Shown here one piece after another: positions 25,739-35,400 of a stretch of 42,540 nt of DNA. Under the pieces are notes generated by a model that had not been told where the DNA came from, searched no databases, and was given only the letters and a program-made list of their open reading frames with translations. Source of the DNA: Acidobacteriota bacterium (GTDB lineage: Bacteria; Acidobacteriota; Blastocatellia; Pyrinomonadales; Pyrinomonadaceae); NCBI GenBank assembly GCA_031362825.1, contig JANLTF010000534.1:1-42540 (forward strand). Direction: 5' to 3'. Within the stretch, counting starts at the first letter, position 1. Each line of letters opens with the position of its first letter. The position numbers were made by a program, and so were the translations under genes.

Positions 25739-26485
25739 ATGGATCGACCACGCATTTTAATTACCAACGACGACGGCATTCATGCGGACGGTATCGCCGC
25801 GCTAGAGGCATCGCTTCGCGAGATCGGTGACGTTTATGTCGTTGCTCCCGAATCGGAAATGAGTGGTGCGTCGCATAGCCTTACGCTCGCTCGCCCTTTG
25901 AGAATTCGTCAGATAGATAGCCGCCATTGGACGGTTGACGGTACGCCAACGGATTGCGTCGTGCTCGCGCTGAATCAGATCCTCCCGCCCGACGAACGCC
26001 CGCACATTTGCTGTTCGGGCATTAATCACGGCGCCAATCTGGGCGACGATGCGACGTATTCGGGCACTGTTGCCGGAGCACTCGAAGCAACTATACTCGG
26101 AGTTCCCGGCCTCGCCTTCAGCCTCGTCGCATATCGCGATCATGATTTTACCGAATCGGCAAAGATCGCTCGGATCGTCACGGAAAAAGCCCTCGCCGAG
26201 GGCATTCCAGAATCGACATTGCTCAATGTCAACGTACCGAAAGGATTGTCAAAAGGTGTCCGCATCACAAAACAGGGTTTCAAAACCGCACGGCCGGTTA
26301 TCCGTGAACACATCGACCCGCGAGGCAAGCCGTACTATTGGATCGGCGAGGTCCGCGAGGGTTTTCGTGCCGAAGGCGGCACCGATTTTGAGGCGATCGA
26401 CGAAGGCTTCGTTTCGGTCACGCCGATGCGAAGCGATCTGACAAACCACCGTGCTCTCGAAGCTTTGGCTGCTTGGAATTCTTAG
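25739..26485 (+). CDS. surE: 5'/3'-nucleotidase SurE
   Basis: ILITNDDGIHADGI...VVAPESEMSGASHSLT...GTPTDCV...SGINHGANLGDD. Confidence 0.92.
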   Translation: MDRPRILITNDDGIHADGIAALEASLREIGDVYVVAPESEMSGASHSLTLARPLRIRQIDSRHWTVDGTPTDCVVLALNQILPPDERPHICCSGINHGANLGDDATYSGTVAGALEATILGVPGLAFSLVAYRDHDFTESAKIARIVTEKALAEGIPESTLLNVNVPKGLSKGVRITKQGFKTARPVIREHIDPRGKPYYWIGEVREGFRAEGGTDFEAIDEGFVSVTPMRSDLTNHRALEALAAWNS

Positions 26486-26488
26486 ACG

Positions 26489-27163
26489 ATGAACGGCACG
26501 TCGCCAAAACAGAATATTGCAGACGGCTTCGAATTGCTCCGGCAGGCGATGGCCGATAATCTTCGCAGCCATTACAAAATTAGCGATGAAAAGGTACTCG
26601 ACGTGATGAATCGTCTGCCGCGTCATCGCTTCGTTCCCGACGCACTTCGATCACAGGCATACAAAGATAACGCGTTGCCGATCGCCGGCGGACAAACGAT
26701 CTCGCAGCCATTTATCGTAGCGAGAATGACCGAGTTGCTCGAACTTGACGGCACAGAGAAGGTTCTCGAGATCGGTGCCGGAACCGGTTATCAAACCGCC
26801 GTTCTCGCCAGCCTTGCACGCAAGGTTTTTGCAATTGAACGTTTGCCAAACCTCGCCGACGAAGCAAACAGGCGGCTGCAAGCTGTTGGATTTACGAATG
26901 TTACGCTAAAATCAGCAGATGGGACGATAGGCTGGGACGCGTATCAGCCGTACGATGCGATACTCGTTGCCGCCGGCGGCCCCGTAATTCCGGAGCCGCT
27001 GGTTAAACAGTTAAAGGTCGGAGGCAAACTCGTCATCCCGATCGGCGGTGAGCAGTTAAAACAAATGCTGATCCGCGTCACACGAACGGAAACGAGCTAC
27101 ACGACCGAGAATTTCGGTCCGTGCGCGTTTGTGCCGCTGATCGGCGAACACGGTTGGTCATGA
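26489..27163 (+). CDS. pcm: Protein-L-isoaspartate O-methyltransferase
   Basis: QTISQPFIVARMTELL, VLEIGAGTGYQTAVLA and DAILVAAGGP are present, in the classic surE-pcm arrangement. Confidence 0.92.
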   Translation: MNGTSPKQNIADGFELLRQAMADNLRSHYKISDEKVLDVMNRLPRHRFVPDALRSQAYKDNALPIAGGQTISQPFIVARMTELLELDGTEKVLEIGAGTGYQTAVLASLARKVFAIERLPNLADEANRRLQAVGFTNVTLKSADGTIGWDAYQPYDAILVAAGGPVIPEPLVKQLKVGGKLVIPIGGEQLKQMLIRVTRTETSYTTENFGPCAFVPLIGEHGWS

Positions 27164-27169
27164 TCATTT

Positions 27170-27916
27170 ATGGACTCAATCATTGATTTTCTCTATCAGG
27201 TCAAGGACTATCTCAACCCGAAGATATTGATCGACTGGATGTTGCTCAAGCTGGGACTTTGGGTCTATCTGGGCTTGTTCCTTATCGTTTTCGCGGAAAC
27301 GGGCCTTGCGATCGGCTTTTTTCTTCCGGGCGATTCGCTGCTCGTCGTAGCAGGACTGTTTGCGGCGGCCGGAAAATTGAATTTGGCAGCCTTGATGATA
27401 CTGCTGTTCATCGCGGCCGTCGTCGGCGATGCTGTCGGATACTATTCAGGCCGCAAGGTCGGCCCCGCCATCTTCAGCCGACCAAAATCGCGGCTCTTTA
27501 ATCCGAAACACCTACAAAAGGCACACAGTTTTTACGAAAAACATGGCGGCAAGACGATCATCATTGCCCGTTTCGTGCCCATCGTCCGCACGTTTGCACC
27601 GATCGTCGCCGGTGCCGCGAATATGTCGTATCGGCAATTCGTCACGTATAACGTCGTGGGCGGCTTCGCGTGGGTCGTGAGTATGCTGCTCGCAGGTTAT
27701 TTTCTGGGCGGCGTCGTTGAGGCGTTTATGCGCACTGTCTTCGGCATCGAGAATTTTCTACTCGAAGATCACATCGACAAGGTCGTCATCGTTATCGTCT
27801 TTCTTTCGATCTTGCCGATCATCTTTGAATTCGTGAAGGCACGCCGCGAGAAAAAGCGGGAACAACTGGAAGCGAAAACTGAGGCCGACTCCGATTTGAC
27901 TAAGTCCGGCGAGTAG
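27170..27916 (+). CDS. DedA family (VTT domain) membrane protein
   Basis: FAETGLAIGFFLPGDSLLVVAG...GYYSGRKVG...GGKTIIIARFVPIVRTFAPIVAG. Confidence 0.88.
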   Translation: MDSIIDFLYQVKDYLNPKILIDWMLLKLGLWVYLGLFLIVFAETGLAIGFFLPGDSLLVVAGLFAAAGKLNLAALMILLFIAAVVGDAVGYYSGRKVGPAIFSRPKSRLFNPKHLQKAHSFYEKHGGKTIIIARFVPIVRTFAPIVAGAANMSYRQFVTYNVVGGFAWVVSMLLAGYFLGGVVEAFMRTVFGIENFLLEDHIDKVVIVIVFLSILPIIFEFVKARREKKREQLEAKTEADSDLTKSGE

Positions 27917-27938
27917 CCTAAACTTCTATTTTGGTCGG

Positions 27939-28015
<77 letters not shown>

Positions 28016-28031
28016 TAATTTCGAAATTAGG

Positions 28032-28059
28032 CAGCCTGCGTCAAGCAGGCTGTTTTTTT
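28032..28059 (+). terminator. Rho-independent terminator after tRNA-Pro
   Basis: CAGCCTGC-GTCAA-GCAGGCTG followed by TTTTTTT. Confidence 0.85.
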
Positions 28060-28064
28060 GACCA

Positions 28065-28343
28065 ATGAAGTTCAGTTGGGATCTGAAAAAGGCTTTATCG
28101 AATATTCATAAGCATGGAGTTTCCTTTGAGGAGGCGGCCACTGTTTTTGGCGATCCGCTTTCTGAAACATTTGACGACCCCGACCATTCCTTCGATGAGC
28201 ATCGATTCATAATTATCGGAAGATCAAAAAATGATAGACTGTTATTCATATCTCACGCGGACAACGGCGACGAGATAAGGATCATAATCGCTCGTCCACT
28301 AACTGGTGTCGAGGTAAAAGAATATGAAGGATTCGGAAAATGA
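28065..28343 (+). CDS. brnT: BrnT family toxin (DUF497)
   Basis: MKFSWDLKKALSNIHKHGVSFEEAATVFGDP...RFIIIGRS...LLFISHA...IRIIIARP matches the BrnT pattern. Confidence 0.85.
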   Translation: MKFSWDLKKALSNIHKHGVSFEEAATVFGDPLSETFDDPDHSFDEHRFIIIGRSKNDRLLFISHADNGDEIRIIIARPLTGVEVKEYEGFGK

Positions 28344-28542
28344 CGAACTGCGACCCGAATACGACCTGTCTAAGTTAAAAGGACGAGTTCGCGGTAAATA
28401 CGTAGAACGATATAACCTGGGCACGAACCTTGTCCTGCTTGAGGACGATGTGGCAGACTTGTTTCCTACCACAAAAGCAGTAAACGATGCGCTGCGCTCT
28501 CTTCTATCCGGGCCAGGCAAAAAGCCGGTCTCACAGGTCTAA
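28324..28542 (+). CDS. brnA: BrnA-like antitoxin
   Basis: It overlaps brnT by 20 nt. ELRPEYDLSKLKG...VLLEDDVADLFPTTKAVNDALRSLL is typical of the partners of DUF497 toxins. Confidence 0.7.
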   Translation: MKDSENDELRPEYDLSKLKGRVRGKYVERYNLGTNLVLLEDDVADLFPTTKAVNDALRSLLSGPGKKPVSQV

Positions 28543-28543
28543 A

Positions 28544-28993
28544 TCACGGCTGTTTTTGTGGCTTCATCTCCCAAAGCACATTGACGATCACCCAACGGCC
28601 GTTCGATTTGGCGATGTGCATATAATCGACCCAATCCAAAGCGACGACCTTTACACTCGCACTGTTGCCGAAAACATCCAGAATGGTTACATCCTTTTGC
28701 TGCTTTTCTTTTGGCGTGTCTTTGCCGCCGCCGCGTTTCGCCATTTGGACGAGCGATAATGCCCTCATTTGCCCGAGCGAACTGCGGCCCTGCGCATTCG
28801 TATTGACGATCCGCTTGGCAAGATCCGGGTGCAGGGCACCTTCCATACGTTCGGCGTTTCCCTCGTAGTAGCCTTCGATATAATCAAGAGCCGTGGCCTT
28901 GATCGCCTCTTTATCGGCATCTGTAGTTTGTGCTGAAATGCCCGCAACGGAAAGTAGAAGCAGGAATAATAAACCAATGATTGCTTTACGCAT
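28544..28993 (-). CDS. Secreted NTF2-like (putative lumazine-binding family) protein
   Basis: ATG 28993 is preceded by GGAGG. The signal peptide is MRKAIIGLLFLLLLSVAGISA, and IKATALDYIEGYYEGNAERMEGALHPDL...GRWVIVNVLWE resembles the lumazine-binding NTF2-like family. Confidence 0.7.
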   Translation of the reverse strand: MRKAIIGLLFLLLLSVAGISAQTTDADKEAIKATALDYIEGYYEGNAERMEGALHPDLAKRIVNTNAQGRSSLGQMRALSLVQMAKRGGGKDTPKEKQQKDVTILDVFGNSASVKVVALDWVDYMHIAKSNGRWVIVNVLWEMKPQKQP

Positions 28994-29038
28994 CTGATCG
29001 ACCTCCAAAATGGTTCGGTATCTAGTTGTTAAGATCCG

Positions 29039-29422
29039 CTAGTCAATCTGATACGTCGCGACGCTCGTTGGGGTTTCGTAGCAGCGGACCTTGTGCACCT
29101 TGACGCGTTCGTCGGCGATGCGGGTGTTGAGGTATTCCAGAAAATATCGGGCAAGATTTTCAGCCGACGGGTTCAATTCTTCATCAAACGGCGGCAGTTC
29201 GTTGATATTACGGTGATCGAGATACTTTACGATTTCGTCGGCCGCGATTTTAAGATCACCAAAATCGATCAGCAGGCCGATATTGTTCAGCTCCTCACCA
29301 CGAGCAAAGATCTCGATCTTATAATTATGCCCGTGCAAATTCTCACACTTCCCCTTATACCCACGCAGTTGGTGAGCCGAAGAAAAATTGCGTTCGATCA
29401 TTACTTCAAAGAATGAAGGCAT
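29039..29422 (-). CDS. queD: 6-carboxy-5,6,7,8-tetrahydropterin synthase QueD
   Basis: FSSAHQL..Y.GKCENLHGHNYKIE has the catalytic Cys and the His triad pattern of the PTPS/QueD family. Confidence 0.88.
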   Translation of the reverse strand: MPSFFEVMIERNFSSAHQLRGYKGKCENLHGHNYKIEIFARGEELNNIGLLIDFGDLKIAADEIVKYLDHRNINELPPFDEELNPSAENLARYFLEYLNTRIADERVKVHKVRCYETPTSVATYQID

Positions 29423-29433
29423 AGTCCATTAAT

Positions 29434-29835
29434 TCATTCGTGCCGGCTCAGGAAAAGTTTGCCGCCGTAGTCGTTGATCGCGAGAACGACCTGATCGAGC
29501 CAACCTAGGCGGCCAAGCACATTTCTTCGGAAACTCACTTCTTCGGCGATATACACTTCAGTATCTATGTCAAAACCCTCGGCGGAAAGTGTGATGGCGT
29601 GAGCGAATACCGCAAATGTACCCGTTACGGTCGAAATGTTCTCCCGTCGTCCCGATTCGATATCCAACCCAAGTCGCTCTCCCGCTCCGCGTTCGAAGAT
29701 ACAGTACGACGCGCCAGTATCGATCTTCGCTTCGACGGCGACAGCATCGTGACCCAACCGCAGTTCAACATCAAGCGATATTCCGGGTCGGCCCGCATCG
29801 TAAGTTACAAGCTTTTCAAAGGACAACTCGTGCAT
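29434..29835 (-). CDS. Retropepsin-like (clan AA) aspartic protease
   Basis: The KIDTGASYCIF active-site motif (D-T-G-A-S) sits in a ~130-aa single-lobe protein. ATG 29835 overlaps the upstream stop (TGATG). Confidence 0.75.
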   Translation of the reverse strand: MHELSFEKLVTYDAGRPGISLDVELRLGHDAVAVEAKIDTGASYCIFERGAGERLGLDIESGRRENISTVTGTFAVFAHAITLSAEGFDIDTEVYIAEEVSFRRNVLGRLGWLDQVVLAINDYGGKLFLSRHE

Positions 29836-30185
29836 CAACTCCAGCCGGCCCAGAATAAATCCTCTTCCCTGGGAATATGAGCCCGAAGAGGACGATCGAC
29901 GTTCATTTCCTTTAGTTGACCGTCAAGTTCCTTAAGCGTTCGAGCGGCAGCGAGGAACTTTCCATCCTTTAATGCGACATGCATTCCCTTATACGGTGCC
30001 GAATGGTCACGCAGCCATACGGTATTCGGACTAACATAGCCCTTTTTGCCACTCCTTTTGACCTCCGACTTACGCGGGACCTGCGGTTCGGCTTCTGTCA
30101 GGCGAAGTGCAAGGTCTTTTAATTCGTCAGAGGACAAAATGCTTCTAGCCCTTTTTACGAAATCATCTACAACTGCCGTGGACAT
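29835..30185 (-). CDS. Small hypothetical protein, DUF5678-like (tentative)
   Basis: 116 aa. WLRDHSAPYKGMHVALKDGKFLAAARTLKEL resembles the W...Y.G.WVAL.DG.. core that I associate with DUF5678 proteins, which often sit next to retropepsin-like genes. Confidence 0.6.
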   Translation of the reverse strand: MSTAVVDDFVKRARSILSSDELKDLALRLTEAEPQVPRKSEVKRSGKKGYVSPNTVWLRDHSAPYKGMHVALKDGKFLAAARTLKELDGQLKEMNVDRPLRAHIPREEDLFWAGWS

Positions 30186-30230
30186 ACTAGAGCCTCCTTC
30201 CGGAGATATTTTAACACAAGAACATGTACA

Positions 30231-32201
30231 TTATTCAGGAAAAAACGGCACGAGATCTTCCAATTCGCCCGAGATCCGCATCCTTGGCAAGCTGTTCAAA
30301 AAATCTCGCCCATATCCTTTCGTCCGCAAACGCGGATCTAAAATCGCGATGACGCCGCGGTCGGTGGAGCTGCGGATGAGGCGGCCGATTCCCTGTTTTA
30401 GGGAGATCACGGCCTGCGGGACGCTATAGTCGAAGAATGCTTTTCCGCCATTTTCGTCGATAAATCTTGAGCGAGCAGCCACGATCGGGTCGGTTGGGAC
30501 GGCGAACGGGAGTTTGTCGATGATGACACACGAGAGTTGCTCGCCACGCACATCGACGCCCTGCCAAAAGCTGGAGGTGGCGAACAAAACCGCATTTGGC
30601 GTGTCGCGAAATTTTTCGAGCAGGCCTGTCTTCGCCATCGTTCCCTGCAAGAAACAGGGATAACCGATGCGAGCCGAGACGAGTTCGTATAGTGCAGTCA
30701 TCGACGAGTTGCTGGTGCACAAAACAAAGGCGTGGCCGCGTGTTACCTGCACGATCTTGACGATCTCGATCGCCGCCATGTGTGTAAATTCGGGCGAACG
30801 CGGGTCGGGCATGACCTTGGGCAAATAAACGATCGCCTGTTTTTCGTAATCGAACGAAGACGGAGCAGTCAGCGAGGTTGTTTTCGCCGGCGACAGGCCC
30901 AGACGGTCGCGAATGAAATTAAAACTGCCATTTGCCGAAAGCGTTGCTGAGGTCAGTACGCAAGTATCGACCTTGTCGAAAAGCTTCTCTTGCAACAATG
31001 CCGAAACATCGACCGGCGAAGCCTGCAAAAATATGCCTCGGCCGCGTTTTTCGAGCCAGTAAACGTAGTTGCGATCGGCCTGTTTGATGATAAACCCGAG
31101 ATCGAACCTAGTCTGTCTGATTCGCCGAACGACGCTTTCTGCCTCAGGCATTTTTGCGGAAAAGGCGTCTATCGCGACTTCAAGACTTCCGAGAGCTTCG
31201 TCTAAAGCGTGATAGGTTTCGCCGTGCGGAGTCGGCTGCGGCTCACCGTTCGACCCTCGCTGCGAGAAACTGTCCGGCATTAGCGGAAATCTCCCTTCGT
31301 TGCCGCGGGCCTGCAAAAACCTGACCCAAAACTGCTCCCCAAGGCCCATGATCTTCGCCGATGTCCGCAGAATTCCGGCATTCGCGATCGCGTCAGTAAT
31401 TGGCAATGTGTCGGCGTCGCGAAGCAGTTCGTCGATCTGAAAATTCGAGATCTGAAATCCAAAATAATCCGCCGCAATGTCTTCGATCAGATGGGCTTCA
31501 TCAAAAATGACCGCTGCATAATCGGGCAGAACCTTGCCAAAATTGTTGCCGCGAACATTGAGATCGGCGAAAAACAGATGGTGATTGACGATCACGATGT
31601 CCGCGGCCTCGGCGTTTGTTCGCATCCGAGTGATGAAACAAGGTTCGTAATCGGGACATTTCTGGCCGATGCAAGTGTCGCCTTTGGCGTTGATGCGGCT
31701 CCAGAACGAAAGATTTTCAGGCAGATATGTTAGCTCGGCACGGTCGCCTGTTTTCGTATCGTGCGACCATTCGCGGACCTCTTTGAAATGATCGACCTCG
31801 CCGATACCGTCGAGTATCGGCTGATGATCGGACTTAGCGATGCGATATAGACAGGCGTAATTCGAACGGCCTTTCATGTATGCGGCCTTAAATTTCTTGG
31901 GCAGGACCTTTTGCAGAAACGGAATGTCCTTTTCCATCAACTGTTCCTGCAAGTTCTTTGTGCCGGTCGAAATGATGATCCTCGTTTTGTTTGCGAGTGC
32001 TGCGGCAATTGCGGGCGTGAGATATGCGAGCGTCTTGCCCGTGCCCGTTCCGGCCTCGACGATCAGGTGCTTTTTATCGGCAAGCGCCGTCACGATCGCG
32101 TCGGCCATTTTGATCTGGCCCTTGCGATACTCGTACGCGTCATGGTGCTGCGAGATGAGCCCGCCGCTGCCAAATACACTTTCGATCAAATTATCGTCCA
32201 T
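30231..32201 (-). CDS. dinG: DinG/XPD (Rad3) family ATP-dependent DNA helicase with 4-Cys Fe-S cluster
   Basis: Motif I is EAGTGTGKT and motif II is FDEAH. The four Cys are YAC...GDTCIGQKCPDYEPC, and motif VI is QGIGRLIRS. The first ATG at 32201 gives a typical N-terminus (MDDNLIESVFGSGG...YEYRKGQ); the track start at 32303 is a TTG. Confidence 0.85.
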   Translation of the reverse strand: MDDNLIESVFGSGGLISQHHDAYEYRKGQIKMADAIVTALADKKHLIVEAGTGTGKTLAYLTPAIAAALANKTRIIISTGTKNLQEQLMEKDIPFLQKVLPKKFKAAYMKGRSNYACLYRIAKSDHQPILDGIGEVDHFKEVREWSHDTKTGDRAELTYLPENLSFWSRINAKGDTCIGQKCPDYEPCFITRMRTNAEAADIVIVNHHLFFADLNVRGNNFGKVLPDYAAVIFDEAHLIEDIAADYFGFQISNFQIDELLRDADTLPITDAIANAGILRTSAKIMGLGEQFWVRFLQARGNEGRFPLMPDSFSQRGSNGEPQPTPHGETYHALDEALGSLEVAIDAFSAKMPEAESVVRRIRQTRFDLGFIIKQADRNYVYWLEKRGRGIFLQASPVDVSALLQEKLFDKVDTCVLTSATLSANGSFNFIRDRLGLSPAKTTSLTAPSSFDYEKQAIVYLPKVMPDPRSPEFTHMAAIEIVKIVQVTRGHAFVLCTSNSSMTALYELVSARIGYPCFLQGTMAKTGLLEKFRDTPNAVLFATSSFWQGVDVRGEQLSCVIIDKLPFAVPTDPIVAARSRFIDENGGKAFFDYSVPQAVISLKQGIGRLIRSSTDRGVIAILDPRLRTKGYGRDFLNSLPRMRISGELEDLVPFFPE

Positions 32202-32386
32202 TTCAAAATAACCAAACGCTCCGCTACCAAATTTATTGACTTCGAACGTCGATTTGCTAAAATTGGACTTTGCGAAATAGCCAGTTATCAAGACCGCCTC
32301 CAATGTTGTTTATCGGGCCGGTCTTTTTGCGAATCGACCGCAAAATCTAGATTCTAATGTTTTTGCCGGGTAATTTCGATTTTTCA

Positions 32387-32400
32387 TGCGAAATTTCGCA
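32387..32400. promoter_or_regulatory. Perfect 14-bp palindrome TGCGAAATTTCGCA (candidate operator)
   Basis: It lies in the divergent dinG / M36-protease intergenic region, 48 nt upstream of ATG 32448. It is flanked by related words (TAATTTCGA, AAGTTCGCG) and by an upstream TTTGCG-N7-CGCAAA inverted repeat. Confidence 0.4.
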
Positions 32401-32447
32401 AAAGTTCGCGTCCCTTGCGGTCTTCGCTATTTAGGAGTTCATTTTTG

Positions 32448-35400
32448 ATGTCATCAACAGCTTTGGCCGGATCGTGGCGTAACGCCGTTTTGTGTTTGTT
32501 TACTTTTGCCCTGATAACGGCGGCGTTTGTTTTGCCGCACCGTCAGGGCATCTCAGCGGCTCAAGGAATGTTCACCCAAACAAAGAGCCACGATACGGAA
32601 CTCCCAAATTACGATATCAGAACAGACAAGACTGCGTTTGAAAAGCTCACTGCCTTCCGAACTTCGGCTGGCAAAAGTGCGTTCGATGTTGCCGACGCCC
32701 GCGATGCATTTGTTCTCGGCGAAAAGAAACTAAGGCTGACCGTGCCGACGCTAAAGGTCGATTACAACGATGATATTCGCATTCCCGAGGTGATCGGCCC
32801 CGACGTTAAACAAGGCCGGGCGTTTTTAACTTCGCCATCGACCGCGAAACGCTCAAATATCCTGATCGATTTTCTGAAACAAAATACAGATCTCGTCGGC
32901 ACAACGCCCGAACAGATCGACGGCCTTAAGGTCTTTGCCGATTACACCAACCCGGACGGCAATCTCTCGTTCGTTGAGCTAAATCAAGAGATCAAGGGCA
33001 TTCCGGTCTTTCGCGGCGAAGTGAAAGCCGGATTTACCAAGAACGGCGAGTTGGTCCGTGTGATCAATAATCTCGCACCGGGGATCGACTACGATGCGGT
33101 ATCGACAGATTTCGGCGATCCGCTTGCGGCGGTGAAGGCCGCTTCCGCGTTCATCAATTCGGACATTTCAAAACTCAACATCCGCAAAGATCAAACCGTT
33201 TCGAGTGATCTTAAAACGGTCTTCGGCACCGGCGATTCGGCGACGACAGCCGAGAAGATGTACTTTCCGACCGAGCCGGGCGTCGCGGTTCCTGCCTGGC
33301 GTGTGCTGATCTGGCAGCCGGTCAATGCGTATTACGTTATCGTTGACGCTATCTCAGGAACACTGCTCTGGCGGAAGAATATTACCGAAGATCAGACGCA
33401 AGCCTCGACGTACAACGTCTATGCAAATCCGAACGCGATGGTCAATGTCGCCGAGAATCCGTTCCCGTTCACGCCCGGGCCGGTGGCACTAAACGGCCTG
33501 CAGGGCTCGCCGTTAGCTCGGGCATCAATCTCACGGATCGGAAACGAGGCCCCATACTCGTTTAACAATCTGGGTTGGATCACGGACGGAGTAACGGTGA
33601 CCGATGGCAATGCAATACAGGCCGGCCTCGACCGTGACGGTACCGACGGTGTCGATCTGAATAGCGAAGCCGTCAATGCCAGCCGCAATTTCACATTCGC
33701 CTACAGCCCGCTAAATCCGAACAACAACACCGGCGAAGCCCCTGTCGCGGTACCGCAGACCTATCCGGGCAGTTCGTTTCAACAAGGCTCGGTTACGCAG
33801 CTATTTTACATTTCTAACTGGTATCACGACGAGACATATCGGCTCGGATTTACCGAACAGGCACGAAATTTCCAGAACAGCAATTTCGGCCGTGGCGGCG
33901 TCGAAGGCGACCGTGTTCGCGGCGAGGGCCAAGATTCGTCGGGCACAAATAACGCAAACTTCTCAACAGGTGCCGATGGAACACGCGGCAGGATGCAGAT
34001 GTACATCTGGACAGGCCCAAATCCGGATCTCGATGGAAATCTCGACGCGGAAGTCGTCATCCACGAGTTTTCGCACGGCCTCTCGAATCGTCTGCACGGA
34101 AACGGTAGCGGCCTTTCGATAAATATGTCACGCGGCATGGGCGAAGGCTGGTCCGATTTTTACGCTCACGCGATGCTCAGCGAACCGGCAGATCCGATAA
34201 ACGGCGTCTATGCAATGGGCGGCTACGATACATATCTCGGCTCGGCTGGATTTGTAAATAATTACTATTACGGCATCCGCCGCTTCCCTAAAGCCGTCAA
34301 GGCATTTACCGGCGGGCCTGGCAATCTGCCGCACAATCCGTTGACCTTTGCTGACGCCGATCAGTCGCAACTCAACCTCACAGACGGCGCGTTTCCGCGG
34401 GGGCCTTTCGGCTCGTCAAATGCCGACGCCGTTCACAATCTGGGTGAGATCTGGAGCAGTGCTTTGTGGGAGATCCGGGCGAGAATGATCACACGCCTCG
34501 GCTGGCAGACCGGCAATCGCAAGGTATTACAACTCGTAACCGATGGAATGAAGCTAGCTCCGCTCGGTCCGACGTTCATAAGCGAACGCGATGCGATACT
34601 CGCCGCCGGACAAGCTAGCTCGTTAGCTCCTGAGGCCGCAAATGATGTCGCCGATATTTGGGCCGGATTTGCCCTTCGCGGCATTGGTGCGAATGCGAGC
34701 ATCCAGGCACTTGGAACCGGTGTCGGCGATGCCCGCGTCACCGAATCGTTTAGCCTGCCAAATCTATTTCAGGCTCCTAACCTAACGATCTCTGACACCG
34801 GCGGCAACGGAAATGGCTTTCCTGATATTGGCGAGCAGGTAATGCTGAACGTCCCGCTCACAAACTCGACCGGAAACACCGCAACCGGCGTAACGCTCCA
34901 ACTAATTGGCGGCGGCAGTGCAAATTACGGTACTGTTCCAAGCGGAACGACCTTGACTCAGCCAGTAAGTTTCACCGTTCCGGCGTCCGCTCTTTGCGGC
35001 GAAGTCGTCAGCGTGACACTCAACGTTAACAGCAGCCTAGGGGCAACCAGTTTCACGCGTGCATTTTCCGTCGGGCAGCCGCTCGTTACGGCGACACAGA
35101 ATTTTGACAGCGTCGCGGCTCCCGATTTTCCTGCGGGCTGGACAGCCGTCCCGATCGCCGGCGGCATCAATTTTGTAACGACTGCGACGGCTCCTGACTC
35201 GGCACCGAACTCGGCCTTTGCCTCCGATCCGGCAACCGTTGGCGGCGGCAGCGACCTGACATCACCTAATTTTGCTATAACCTCACGTTCGGCGTTGGTT
35301 AGTTTCAGGCATAAATACAACACTGAAGCCGGTTGGGATGGCGGCGCACTCGAAATCAGCATCGGCGGCGGTGCGTTTCAGGACATTTTGGCCGCAGGCG

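Noticed and set aside
29039-32201. QueD plus helicase as a 7-deazaguanine DNA-modification (Dpd-like) defence cluster
   Set aside because: No tgt/dpdA-like, queC, queE or other dpd-type genes are present. The helicase has standard DinG/XPD motifs, so a housekeeping interpretation is simpler.
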